Assembly (NCBI GenBank): GCA_040386535.1
Contig: JAZKFH010000023.1
Span: forward strand, 79,873-143,872
DNA length: 64,000 nt
Source: Myxococcota bacterium
GTDB taxonomy: Bacteria > Myxococcota_A > UBA796 > SXON01
Reading direction: 5' to 3'
Shown: positions 7,943-16,960 of the stretch, piece by piece
Position numbering within the stretch: the stretch's first letter is position 1
How the letters are laid out: each line of letters starts with the position of its first letter
The notes under the pieces: model-generated
Seen by the model: the letters and a program-made list of their open reading frames with translations, nothing else
Told to the model about the DNA's origin: nothing
The model's database searches: none
Position numbers and translations under genes: made by a program

Positions 7943-9741
7943 TCGCGCTGCTCGCCTCGCTCGTGTCGGCCCCGCCCGCCCTCGCCACCTCCGGGTTCGA
8001 CGCCACCGCCGTCGGCGCCACGTTCACCGGGTCTGAGACCTGGGACCAGGGCGAGACCGTCCAACTCTGGAGCACGATCGAGCGCCATGTGGACGCTGAC
8101 CGCACCCTGTTCACCGCCGGGGAGTTCAACACGTCGACCGAGTGGCAGGACAACGCCGCCTTCGCGCCCTGGATCGGCACGTGTTTCGGCACGGGCACGC
8201 CCTCCGGCGGGACGTTCCTCCTCCACCACGGCGTCCACGCCGCGACCGCGTCGGGCACCCCGATCCTGTTCGTGCCGGGCGCCGGCGACAACGCCAGCCG
8301 CGGCTTCGTCACGATGGCCACCAAGATGGACTGGGCCGGGCGCCCGGTCTATGCCATCACGTTCGCGCATCCGCACGGCGACGTGTTCGAGCAGGCCGAG
8401 ATCGTCGCGGACGCCATCGCGCGTGTCCGCGAGCTCACCGGCGCTCCGCAAGTGGATCTCGTGTCCCACTCCAAGGGCGGCATCTCGGTCGCGGTGTACC
8501 TCTCGCACCACGCCGGGGCCGACTGGGGCGGCGCGGACGCGCGGAGCCGCGCCTACGCCTCCGTCGGTACCGCCTACCGGGGCGACGTGCGGCGCTCCGT
8601 CTTCATCGCCACGCCGCTCGGCGGCATCGACACCGCGTTCCGCTGGCCGCTGGGCAACGTCGCGAGCCTCACGCCCGACACCGCGCTCGCGCCGACGTCC
8701 TGGCGCACGTACTACCCGTACGGGACCGGGGCGCCGGCCTGGAACACCGATCTGACGGAGCAGGACTTCTTCGCCGACGGCGGCGACCTGTTCCCCGGCC
8801 AGCGGCAGCTCCTCGCGCGGCAGGACTACGCGCTCCCGGGGAGCATGCCGTGGCTCGGCGCGTACTCGCTCCAGACGGACTGGTACACCAGCTACGAGGG
8901 CGGCTACGGGTACTACACGCTCTCCGACGGCATCGACGCCGCCATCGCGGAGGGCGGCGATCTGCTCGAGCACCTCGGCGCCGCGGGGGTCGATCCGCGC
9001 GTGGAGCTGTTCGTGCTCGCCGGCGAGAACCCGCTGATGCCGAACGGCGTCGAGGACATCCTGGTCGGCCTCTTCGGGGAGACCTGGGTCGACCTCGCCA
9101 CGGCCGGCACCGACGTGTGGGCCTCCCTCCTAGCGGACGCCGTGGGGGAGGGGCTCCTCTCGGTGGGCGTCACGCGCGACGAGGTGCAGGGCCTCGCGAC
9201 CGGAGATCTCATCCTCGGCGAGATCAGCGGCCCGAGCGACGGGCTGGTGTTCGTCACCAGCTCGACCGCGTCCGACCGGCTCCTGGCCCGCGGCGCCACC
9301 GTCGAGGAGACCTACGTCGCCAACCTCTCCCACCTCGACCTGTTGTACGCGAGCCCCATCACCGGGCAGCTCCTGGTCGACGCGGCCGCGGCCGACCCGG
9401 TGGAGGACGGCTGGATGGCCGCCGTGGGCGCCCGCTACATCGAGGCGGATACGCTCGGCTGGGTCGAGCGGGTCCTGGCCGACACGCCCACCGACACCGG
9501 TGGTGACGCCGACACGGACACCGACTCCGATACGGACACCGACTCGGACTCGGATACCGACACGGACGCGGACACCGATGCGGACTCGGACACCGACACC
9601 GGTGCGAGCGGCGCCGACACGGACACCGGCGATATCGAGGAAGACGGCGAGGGCTGCACGGGCTGCGCGACCGGCAACGGGAGCGGCGGGCTCCTCGTCG
9701 CCGCGATCGCGGTGGCCCTGTCCACCCGCCGCCGCTCGTAG
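7939..9741 (+). CDS. Secreted, C-terminally anchored lipase/PhaZ7-like alpha/beta hydrolase
   Basis: Signal peptide; TPILFVPGAGDNA; TGAPQVDLVSHSKGG nucleophile elbow; SDGLV and SHLDL candidate Asp/His; DT linker; GC..GC + hydrophobic + RRR MYXO-CTERM-like tail. Confidence 0.78.
   Translation: MIALLASLVSAPPALATSGFDATAVGATFTGSETWDQGETVQLWSTIERHVDADRTLFTAGEFNTSTEWQDNAAFAPWIGTCFGTGTPSGGTFLLHHGVHAATASGTPILFVPGAGDNASRGFVTMATKMDWAGRPVYAITFAHPHGDVFEQAEIVADAIARVRELTGAPQVDLVSHSKGGISVAVYLSHHAGADWGGADARSRAYASVGTAYRGDVRRSVFIATPLGGIDTAFRWPLGNVASLTPDTALAPTSWRTYYPYGTGAPAWNTDLTEQDFFADGGDLFPGQRQLLARQDYALPGSMPWLGAYSLQTDWYTSYEGGYGYYTLSDGIDAAIAEGGDLLEHLGAAGVDPRVELFVLAGENPLMPNGVEDILVGLFGETWVDLATAGTDVWASLLADAVGEGLLSVGVTRDEVQGLATGDLILGEISGPSDGLVFVTSSTASDRLLARGATVEETYVANLSHLDLLYASPITGQLLVDAAAADPVEDGWMAAVGARYIEADTLGWVERVLADTPTDTGGDADTDTDSDTDTDSDSDTDTDADTDADSDTDTGASGADTDTGDIEEDGEGCTGCATGNGSGGLLVAAIAVALSTRRRS
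9505..9600 (+). repeat. Asp-(Thr/Ser/Ala) dipeptide repeat linker
   Basis: Encodes DADTDTDSDTDTDSDSDTDTDADTDADSDTDT with varied third codon positions. Confidence 0.85.
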
Positions 9742-9769
9742 CGTACGGTCGGCGGGCCGCCCCGGGCGC

Positions 9770-11011
9770 CTACTCGGCGGCAACCTCGGGCGTGCGCTCG
9801 CGTTTCTCCCACATCATCGCGTGCTCCGGACGCATGGCGTTCACGCCCTCGTCCCACCGCTCGACGGTGGCACGGGCGATCCGGACCAGGCCGGCCGCCT
9901 TCGCGGCGTCCTCCATCGCGGCGTACGTGTCGATGCGCTTGCCCCCCACCTGCCCGTCGCCGATGACCACGATGAGGCGGCCCCCGGTGTCGAGGGCGCG
10001 GGCCGCAGCGCGCACCCACTTCCGGTTGTCGGCCTGCCACGCGACCAGCGCGGTCGCGCGGTCGGCGCGGAACTGGCGGCGGGAGCCGATCTCGGCGTGG
10101 GGATCGGCAACCTCGAGCTTGAGCCACGCGAGGCGCAGCTGCTGCATCGTGACGTAGTCGTACACGCCCGGATACGGCGGCGAGGTGAGGACCAGGCCGA
10201 AGCCGCCCTTCTCGCGCAGCTCGCGGGCGTCCTCGCGGTGCACCCGTGCGCGTACGCCGGCCGGCGCCGCTTCGGCGAGCGACTCCAACATCCGGGCGTA
10301 CTCCCGCGCCTTCTTGTGGAACAACACGCCGGCGGTGCCGGGCGGCCGCTTCTCCCCCGTGCGCGCGCTCGACGTGTCGCTCTCGCGGCGGCTCGTCTTG
10401 ACCAGGATCGCGGAGAACACGGCGCGGAGGAGCAGGTCCTTCCCGATCAGATCGTGGATGGTCGCCAGCTCGGTGAGCGCGTGCGGCTCGTACCAACGCA
10501 CGAGCTCTTCGGGCACGTTCGGCGTGTTGCGGGCGGCGAGGGCGGCCTCGGTCGCGCGGCGCGCGGTGGCCCGGAGCGTGGTGCGCTCCTCCTCGGTGGT
10601 GCGGGCCGTGCGGGCACGCGCGACGAGGTTCGCGACCGGCGAGACGTCGAGCCCGAGGGCGTCCCGCCCGGCGAGCATGGCCTCGATCAGCACGGTGCCG
10701 CCGCCGCAGAAGGGGTCGAGCAGGGCGCCGGAGCCCAGCGCCACGAGATCCCGCGCGGCGTCGGGGTTGAGCCCGGCCGGGTAGGTGTGGAACCCGTGCG
10801 TGGCCCGCTCCACGCGCCCGCGGTGGCGCAGCGCCGCGTCCAGGGAGCGCGCCAGCCCGTCGTCGCCGGAGCGCACGGAGTCACCCGCGCGCTGGCTCAG
10901 CGCCTCGCGTTGGAACTTGTCGGCGCTCGCCTTCTCGCCCAGGATGGCGTCGATGCGGGTCGTCTCTTCCTGCTCGAGGCGCTGCTTCCGCTTGGTCTTG
11001 CGCTCAGCCAC
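9770..11011 (-). CDS. SAM-dependent amino (N4-C/N6-A) nucleic-acid methyltransferase, orphan
   Basis: THGFHTYPA, DPFCGGGT (motif I), LTSPPY (motif IV). GTG start chosen at 11011. Confidence 0.78.
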   Translation of the reverse strand: MAERKTKRKQRLEQEETTRIDAILGEKASADKFQREALSQRAGDSVRSGDDGLARSLDAALRHRGRVERATHGFHTYPAGLNPDAARDLVALGSGALLDPFCGGGTVLIEAMLAGRDALGLDVSPVANLVARARTARTTEEERTTLRATARRATEAALAARNTPNVPEELVRWYEPHALTELATIHDLIGKDLLLRAVFSAILVKTSRRESDTSSARTGEKRPPGTAGVLFHKKAREYARMLESLAEAAPAGVRARVHREDARELREKGGFGLVLTSPPYPGVYDYVTMQQLRLAWLKLEVADPHAEIGSRRQFRADRATALVAWQADNRKWVRAAARALDTGGRLIVVIGDGQVGGKRIDTYAAMEDAAKAAGLVRIARATVERWDEGVNAMRPEHAMMWEKRERTPEVAAE

Positions 11012-11034
11012 GGTGAGCTCCGCCGAATGTTCTA

Positions 11035-12465
11035 CTAGCCACGGTACGCCTCGTCCTGGTCGATGATGGAGAGCACCCAGTCGTACTCCCCGCCGGTGAT
11101 CTTGGCGTCGCAATAGCCGCACACGCCGGTCTCGGAGACATTGTCGAGCGGAGCGCCGCAGCTGGGGCAGGCGTCCACCTGGTCGCGCGGGCGGGCGGTC
11201 TTGCCCGCGCTGCGGAGGAAGGTCCAATATTCGGAGAAGGTGCGATCCTTCGTCTTGCTGCCGCCCACGACCTGGCCCGACCGCTCCTCGGTCCAGTCGC
11301 GCATGCGCGCAAAGATGCGCACGGTGACGGCCTCCAAGTACGCGTCCACCGTGATTCGTGCGAGCACGACGTCGGTGACCTGGATGTCGGAGGAGCCATT
11401 CCGCAGGCCCTCCGCCGCGTATCGATCGATCCAGTAGCGGTGCTGCTGGAAGAGGAAATCGGTCTCGAAGGGGCGCGCCTGCTCCCACTTCCCGTCGCTC
11501 CAGGCTTGCTGGATGCGGGTGAAGACCTCGACCACGCGGGCACGGAAGCCCTCCCACTGGAACTCGGGGTGGCGCGCCTGGAACGCGCGGAGCTGCATCG
11601 GGAGGTCGGGCGCGAGGACGAGGGGGAGGTCCGTGCCGACCTCCACGCCGGCGCCGCGCGTGAGCTGGAGCGGCGGCGCCGCCTCGTCGAGGAGCACCCG
11701 CACGTCGGCCACCTGCCATTGGAGCCGGCCGTCGGTGATGACGTTGTCGCAGTTGCGGCACCGGCCCTCGGGCGTCGTGTCGATGGGGCTCCCGCAGCTC
11801 GGGCAGGCCAGGACGCGCATGCGGTCCGGCCCCGGCGAGAGCGTGTCCGCCGCGCGCACGAAGGTCCAACGCTCGCGGACGAACCGCTTGCTCGTGCCCT
11901 CGGTCAGGTTGCCCTCGAACAGCACCGCGAGGCGCGCCGCCGAACCGGCGACCGCCGCGCTCTCGATCCGGGTGGTGCCGATCACCACGTCCCGCACGGG
12001 CTTGCCGGGCGCCCGCGCCTTGAGGGCCGCGACCACGGGCTCGGCCACGAAGGGCGCCAGCGCGTCCCAATCGCCCCCGCCGCGTGCTTCGTGCGCCCGG
12101 GTGTAGACCAGCCGCGCGAGGTCGAGGAAGAGCGGCTCGGAGAAGTTCGTGTCCCGGGCGCGGAGCGGCGCGAGGCCCGCGCCGGGGACCGCGGCGCGGA
12201 CCGGGTGGGTGCGGTGCACCTGCCGGACGTCACGCTGCTGGGACTTCATGTAGAAGAACACGATCGCCACGCCGATCGCGAGGGGGACGCCGATCACGGG
12301 GTGCTCGAACACGAGCCAGATGAGGAGGCCGACCCCGTCCCCGTCTCCCCCGCCGCCCGAGAAGCCGCCCCCGCCGCCGCTGGAGGAGCTCCCGCCGCCC
12401 GAGTAGCCCTGCCCGCCCCCCGCGCGCGCCCAGGCGGCCGCCAGCCAGAGCACCCAGGGGATCAC
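11035..12465 (-). CDS. Membrane protein with two Tim44-like domains, each followed by a Zn-ribbon
   Basis: ARAGGGQGYSGGG N-terminus, TM segment, ERWTFVR/EYWTFLR repeats, CPSCG..CRNC and CPSCG..CGYC. Confidence 0.78.
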   Translation of the reverse strand: MIPWVLWLAAAWARAGGGQGYSGGGSSSSGGGGGFSGGGGDGDGVGLLIWLVFEHPVIGVPLAIGVAIVFFYMKSQQRDVRQVHRTHPVRAAVPGAGLAPLRARDTNFSEPLFLDLARLVYTRAHEARGGGDWDALAPFVAEPVVAALKARAPGKPVRDVVIGTTRIESAAVAGSAARLAVLFEGNLTEGTSKRFVRERWTFVRAADTLSPGPDRMRVLACPSCGSPIDTTPEGRCRNCDNVITDGRLQWQVADVRVLLDEAAPPLQLTRGAGVEVGTDLPLVLAPDLPMQLRAFQARHPEFQWEGFRARVVEVFTRIQQAWSDGKWEQARPFETDFLFQQHRYWIDRYAAEGLRNGSSDIQVTDVVLARITVDAYLEAVTVRIFARMRDWTEERSGQVVGGSKTKDRTFSEYWTFLRSAGKTARPRDQVDACPSCGAPLDNVSETGVCGYCDAKITGGEYDWVLSIIDQDEAYRG

Positions 12466-13064
12466 GTGCGCACCCGCGGGGTGTTGGCGATCTGGTCGCG
12501 GTTCTCGCTGGCCGCCGGAACATGCGCCGCGAGCAGGACGCCGAGGCGGTGGAGCCCCGCGACGAGCTCATCGACCGAGTCCGCGCGCAAGGCGACGGCG
12601 TTCCACTTCGCGCCGGGGATCTTCCCGAGCAGGCCGTGATCCGGAACGAACTCTACCCGGCCCTCGAGCGCGCTGACGTAGACGAGCAGCCCCGTCCGGT
12701 CGGCCGTGGCGTGAACGTTCTCCTCGGTGAACGCCGCCAGCGCGGCCTGACGCACCTGCCGCGCGGTGCGGGCGGCGCCAGCGAAGGCGACCACCAGGCG
12801 CGGCCAGCGCAGGAGGATCCACCCGACGAAGGCGCCGGCCGCCAGCACGTCGATGGGGAACCACACCGCGTCGAACACGACGGGGCTCCAGCACAAAAAG
12901 GCGAGCACGGCCACCGCGACGAGGCCCCCGCCAATCCATGCGAGATCCGCATACGACCCGGAATACGGTGCCGCGACGACCACCACCTCGGCGTCGGTAT
13001 GGACCTCGATCTCGCTCACGGCGCGCTCGATCGCGGCCGAAAAACGCGCGTCGGTGTGGACCAA
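12462..13064 (-). CDS. TPM-domain membrane protein
   Basis: AIERAVSEIEVHTDAEVVVV, TADRTGLLVYVS..E.RVEFVPDHG, ENRDQIAN. Stop overlaps the Tim44-like start. TTG start inferred. Confidence 0.78.
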   Translation of the reverse strand: MVHTDARFSAAIERAVSEIEVHTDAEVVVVAAPYSGSYADLAWIGGGLVAVAVLAFLCWSPVVFDAVWFPIDVLAAGAFVGWILLRWPRLVVAFAGAARTARQVRQAALAAFTEENVHATADRTGLLVYVSALEGRVEFVPDHGLLGKIPGAKWNAVALRADSVDELVAGLHRLGVLLAAHVPAASENRDQIANTPRVRT

Positions 13065-13122
13065 GTTCCCGTTCCCGGCTCTCGCGCGGGTTAACCCGGC
13101 GGGCTTCTCCGGTGGAGTCCGC

Positions 13123-13656
13123 ATGCAGATCAATGCCTCTTCCGTGATCCACCACCCGCGCGAGCGGGTGTACCGTGCGTACCGTGACGAGCTCCCCGCG
13201 ATCGCCCCGTTCATGGCCAACATCAAGGACATCGTGGTCAAGGGCCGCGAGGATCGGCCCGGTGGCGTGACGCTCCACAACGTGTGGGCCGGCAAGGGCG
13301 AGATCCCCAAGATGGTCCAGGGCATCATCAAGCCCGAGATGGTCAAGTGGGACGACTACGCCGAGTGGGATGACGCGCGGTGGTTGTGCACGTGGAGCAT
13401 CAAGATCCGCGCGTTCACGGAGAACATGAAGTGTGGGGGGACCAACCGGTTCGAGGAGGCGGGGCCGGGTGCCACGCGCGTGATCCTCTCCGGCAACCTC
13501 GACATCCATCTCAAGGACATCCCCGGGGTGCCGCGTTTTCTCGCCGGGACCATCGCGCCCCAGGTCGAGAAGTTCATCATCGCGCTCATCCGGCCCAACC
13601 TCGAGCAGGTGAACGCGTCGCTCGAGCGGTACCTGGACGCGCATCCCGGCGGGTAG
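13123..13656 (+). CDS. START/SRPBCC-like (DUF2505-like) ligand-binding protein
   Basis: HPRERVY.AYRD start, helix-grip pattern, long C-terminal helix, GGAG RBS upstream. Confidence 0.65.
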   Translation: MQINASSVIHHPRERVYRAYRDELPAIAPFMANIKDIVVKGREDRPGGVTLHNVWAGKGEIPKMVQGIIKPEMVKWDDYAEWDDARWLCTWSIKIRAFTENMKCGGTNRFEEAGPGATRVILSGNLDIHLKDIPGVPRFLAGTIAPQVEKFIIALIRPNLEQVNASLERYLDAHPGG

Positions 13657-15132
13657 TCACCCGTTGTCGGTGCGCGCCTCCATGAGCCAGGCGCCGTCCC
13701 CGCTCGCGGTCAGCAGCCCCCGATCGATCATCGGCTCGACGTGATCGAGCAGCCGATGCTCGGAGAGCCCCACGCGCTCGGCCAACGTCGTGATCGTCTG
13801 CGGGCCGGTCGAGATCAACGCGAGCACCTGCCGGGCGATGGGCTCCAGGGTGTCGTCGGCGACCGAGATGCCGAGCGCCAGCCCGAGCAGGGTGCCGGGG
13901 GTGCCCCGGGAGAGCTTGTGGAACTCCTCGGCTCGCCGACGGTCCATCTCCAGGCCTTCGAGCACGCGCGCAACGTCCTCCAGGGAGAGCGGGGAGGGGC
14001 ACAGGTGGCGACCGCCGAGGCGCGCGGTCTTCATCATCGGGCGATCGGCCCGCACGAGCGTGAGGCAGGGCGGCCGTTCGGTGATGATCCGCACCACGAG
14101 GGCCTCGACGCCGGGCGCGTTTCCGTCGAGCGCCACGATCGCCGGGCTCCCCTGGCCGAGCTCCGTGAGCAGGGCGCGGCGGTCGGTCCCGCCGGGCACC
14201 ACGCGCACACCTTCGCGCTGGGCCGCGCGGACGCACTCGCGGATCAGCGTGCGGCGGCCGCTTCCGGCGGTGCCGTGGAGCACGAGGGTGGCGGGCTTGC
14301 CGTCCAACAGGTCGACGACGTGCCGCCGGAGGATTTCACGCTCCCGGGTCATGCCCACGAGCGGCGCACGGGGGGGCGTGGACAGCGCCGCGCGGAGGAT
14401 CCCGGCGACCTTCAGCGCGGGCGCGGGGCGGGAGGCCGGCCGACGCGCGAGCAGCGCCAGCACGAGGTCATCGAGGGCCCGCGGCAGGCGCGGGCGCAGC
14501 GAGCTCGGCGGCTCGGGAAGCGTCGTGAGCGGCAGGTAGCCGAGCGCCGCCGGATCGGCGTCGCGGAAGGGGGCATGCCGGGTGAGCAGGTGGTAGAGCA
14601 GCACGCCCAACCCGTACATGTCCGCCTCGGGGCCGGGACGCTCCCCCCGCAGGATCTCCGGCGCGATGAAGCCGAGGGTCCCGCCAAGGTCGAGCGGGGG
14701 CAGCTCGCGCCCCCGGGCGAGCCCCAGATCGATGAGGCGCGCCGTGCCGTCTTCCGCGACGAGCACGTTCGACGGCTTCAAGTCCCCGTGCACCATCCCC
14801 AGGCCATGGATGTGCGCGAGCGCCTCAGCCACTTGCGCCGCGAGCTCCACGAGCACGGGCATCGGCTGCCCACGTCCCCACGCGTCGGCCCGCTCGTTGG
14901 CGGCGAATTCCATCGCGATCCAATCCCCGTTGGGAGAGGCGTCGATGAGGCGTGTCACATACCGATGTTGGACGGCCCGCAGCGCGTCCAACTCCCGGCG
15001 CAGGCCCCCCGGCGTGGACGCGAGCTTGACCGCCACGACCCCTGAGGGGCCCTCGGCGAGCCACACGCGGCCCGAGGCGCCCCGCCCGAGTGGGCGCACG
15101 CGCCTGAATGAAGGGGGGAACAGATCGTTCAT
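13657..15132 (-). CDS. Hanks-type Ser/Thr protein kinase with degenerate P-loop domain and C-terminal winged helix
   Basis: LGRGASGRV, VAVK, HGDLKPSN, DLG, GTLGFIAPE, DMYGLG; later GTAGSGRR. Confidence 0.88.
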   Translation of the reverse strand: MNDLFPPSFRRVRPLGRGASGRVWLAEGPSGVVAVKLASTPGGLRRELDALRAVQHRYVTRLIDASPNGDWIAMEFAANERADAWGRGQPMPVLVELAAQVAEALAHIHGLGMVHGDLKPSNVLVAEDGTARLIDLGLARGRELPPLDLGGTLGFIAPEILRGERPGPEADMYGLGVLLYHLLTRHAPFRDADPAALGYLPLTTLPEPPSSLRPRLPRALDDLVLALLARRPASRPAPALKVAGILRAALSTPPRAPLVGMTREREILRRHVVDLLDGKPATLVLHGTAGSGRRTLIRECVRAAQREGVRVVPGGTDRRALLTELGQGSPAIVALDGNAPGVEALVVRIITERPPCLTLVRADRPMMKTARLGGRHLCPSPLSLEDVARVLEGLEMDRRRAEEFHKLSRGTPGTLLGLALGISVADDTLEPIARQVLALISTGPQTITTLAERVGLSEHRLLDHVEPMIDRGLLTASGDGAWLMEARTDNG

Positions 15133-15167
15133 GATGCTACAGGTTAGCCAGAGTTCCGGAGGTTTGG

Positions 15168-15920
15168 ATGACGTTGATGCTGCTGGTTGCGATGGCGAAG
15201 GCCGCTGACATCGAAGGGACGACGGCCGATCCGACCCTCACCGTCGAGCGGCCCGCCGAGGAGTCCTTTGGTGCATCCAGGGATTCCGGGTCGACCAAGT
15301 CGGGCTCCGGCTCGTCCAAGTCGGACGACACGTCGAGCGGCTCCTTCTTCAAGAAAGGCAAGATGTGGGGTTGGAACTACCGCCCCTACGTCACCCCCGG
15401 GGGCGGGCTCACCATCGGGAACGGTGGCACCGCCATCACCGGAGGTGCCGACGTCGGTGTGAAGTATTGGAAGAAGAAGTGGAAGGGTGATGTGCAGGCG
15501 GGTGGCAGCTACACCTCTGGGAGCACGCTCAACGGGTACGACGTGCACATCGGCAACGAGTTCGGTCGGCGGGAGAAGTGGTGGGGGTTGTCGGCCGGCG
15601 TGCTCGGCTTCTACAACGGGTACATCGGTCAGGACGCGTCGGACCCCACCCTTGACCCCTCGGTCGGCATCGACATCCCCGTCGAGCTCGTCCTCGGGCC
15701 CAAGAAGTACTACGTCTGGGGCGGCGTCACCCCGTCGTTCCTCTTCAACGAGGACCGCCACGTGAAGTCCCTCCCGTTCGGTGACGAGCTCGAGTGGGGC
15801 GTCGGCGTCGGCCTGAAGCTCAAGTGGATCACCGCCGAGGCGGGGTTCACGTCGCGCATCACCACGGTCGGCGTGATCAACACGCCCACGATCTCGGTGT
15901 CGATCGCTGGGATGGACTGA
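15168..15920 (+). CDS. Exported protein, probable small outer-membrane beta-barrel
   Basis: Signal peptide (AKA-A), Ser-rich linker, Gly/aromatic alternating strands, GGAGG RBS. Confidence 0.65.
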   Translation: MTLMLLVAMAKAADIEGTTADPTLTVERPAEESFGASRDSGSTKSGSGSSKSDDTSSGSFFKKGKMWGWNYRPYVTPGGGLTIGNGGTAITGGADVGVKYWKKKWKGDVQAGGSYTSGSTLNGYDVHIGNEFGRREKWWGLSAGVLGFYNGYIGQDASDPTLDPSVGIDIPVELVLGPKKYYVWGGVTPSFLFNEDRHVKSLPFGDELEWGVGVGLKLKWITAEAGFTSRITTVGVINTPTISVSIAGMD

Positions 15921-15935
15921 CGCCTCGGGGTCCGG

Positions 15936-15971
15936 CGAGCCCGCGGGGCCCCTGAAGCCCCCGCGGGCTCG
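15936..15971. terminator. GC-rich hairpin between convergent genes (probable bidirectional terminator)
   Basis: CGAGCCCGCGGGG / CCCCGCGGGCTCG perfect 13-bp stem with 10-nt loop. No U-tract. Confidence 0.6.
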
Positions 15972-16322
15972 TCACTCCTCCGTGCCCTGCTCCTCGGTCA
16001 CGGTGACGTCCCGGCTCAGGCGCCGCGAGCCCACCTGCAGCATCAGCGTGGCGTCACCCACGACGAGGAACTGCGCCCGGTTCTCGGACACCGTGGCGAA
16101 TTCGGGTGGGTCGAAGGACAGGCGCATGGCCCCGGTCATCAGCGCGTCGTCGCACCACATCCAGAGGGTCCACTCGTCTCCGACCTGGGGCGGGTCGTCG
16201 CCAGTGACGTGGATCTCGAGCACCTCACACGGATCCACCGTGGGGGTGTCCTCGACTTCTTCGATCGGCGCGGTGTCCTGGGGGGCTTCGCCCGTACATG
16301 CCGCGAGGAGGAGCAAGAGCAT
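15972..16322 (-). CDS. Small lipoprotein
   Basis: MLLLLLAAC lipobox, acidic beta-rich body. Confidence 0.7.
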   Translation of the reverse strand: MLLLLLAACTGEAPQDTAPIEEVEDTPTVDPCEVLEIHVTGDDPPQVGDEWTLWMWCDDALMTGAMRLSFDPPEFATVSENRAQFLVVGDATLMLQVGSRRLSRDVTVTEEQGTEE

Positions 16323-16513
16323 CGGCGCAGGATACCCCACTCCGCGGGGCGGCGCCGGCAGGGGGGCGGGGTTGCAGCGACGCGGTGGCGCCCCTCTCCA
16401 AAACCGTGTTGCGCTCCCCGGCCACGCAAGGGGAGCCGAGGAGCGCAACGATGGCAGGGTGCTACAGGCCGAGGTGAGGGGAGCGCCCCCAGGCCTGGCT
16501 ACGCGCGGGCGCC

Positions 16514-16960
16514 TTAGGCCGAGACCGCCTTACGACGACGCCGGCGGCGAGCGTTGCGCTTGGGGGTGGCGACACCGTCGTGGTTGCGACGCCACCACTG
16601 AGCCGCGCCTTCGGGCGTCTTGATGTTGAAGAGCCGAGCGATCTCGGCCCAATCCGCACCACGCGCGAGGGCTTCTTCGCCCTGCTTGATCCGCTCGTCG
16701 CGCCAGCCGCGGCGCTCGACGCGGCGGTCCTCCCGCTCCTTCTCGCGGTTCTGGCTCGCGGGCTTGCGCATGAGGGGGTAGTGCAACCCCATCTTCTTTG
16801 CGTAGCGGCGGGCCTTGGCGCGGAGCGCATCGCTCGACAGGCCGATCTTCTCGGCCACCTTGCGGAGCTGGCGTTCGCGCTTGCGGGGCGAGTCACCGCG
16901 CCCCGACATCTTGTTCAGGAGGTTGTAGATCTCTTCGCCTGTCATCGTGACGATCTCCAT
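16514..16960 (-). CDS. Small very basic protein with two HTH-like segments
   Basis: LRKVAEKIGLSSDALR and WAEIARLFNIKTPEGAAQW segments; RRRRRRK tail; has its own promoter. Confidence 0.68.
   Translation of the reverse strand: MEIVTMTGEEIYNLLNKMSGRGDSPRKRERQLRKVAEKIGLSSDALRAKARRYAKKMGLHYPLMRKPASQNREKEREDRRVERRGWRDERIKQGEEALARGADWAEIARLFNIKTPEGAAQWWRRNHDGVATPKRNARRRRRRKAVSA

Noticed and set aside
9505..9600. Hexamer repeats (also 5025-5069 and 38752-38850) as CRISPR or VNTR
   Set aside because: They are in-frame coding dipeptide repeats without spacers, and no cas genes are present.
9770..12465. Methyltransferase plus Zn-ribbon protein as a restriction-modification pair
   Set aside because: The neighbour is a membrane Tim44-like protein with no HNH or PD-(D/E)xK motif.
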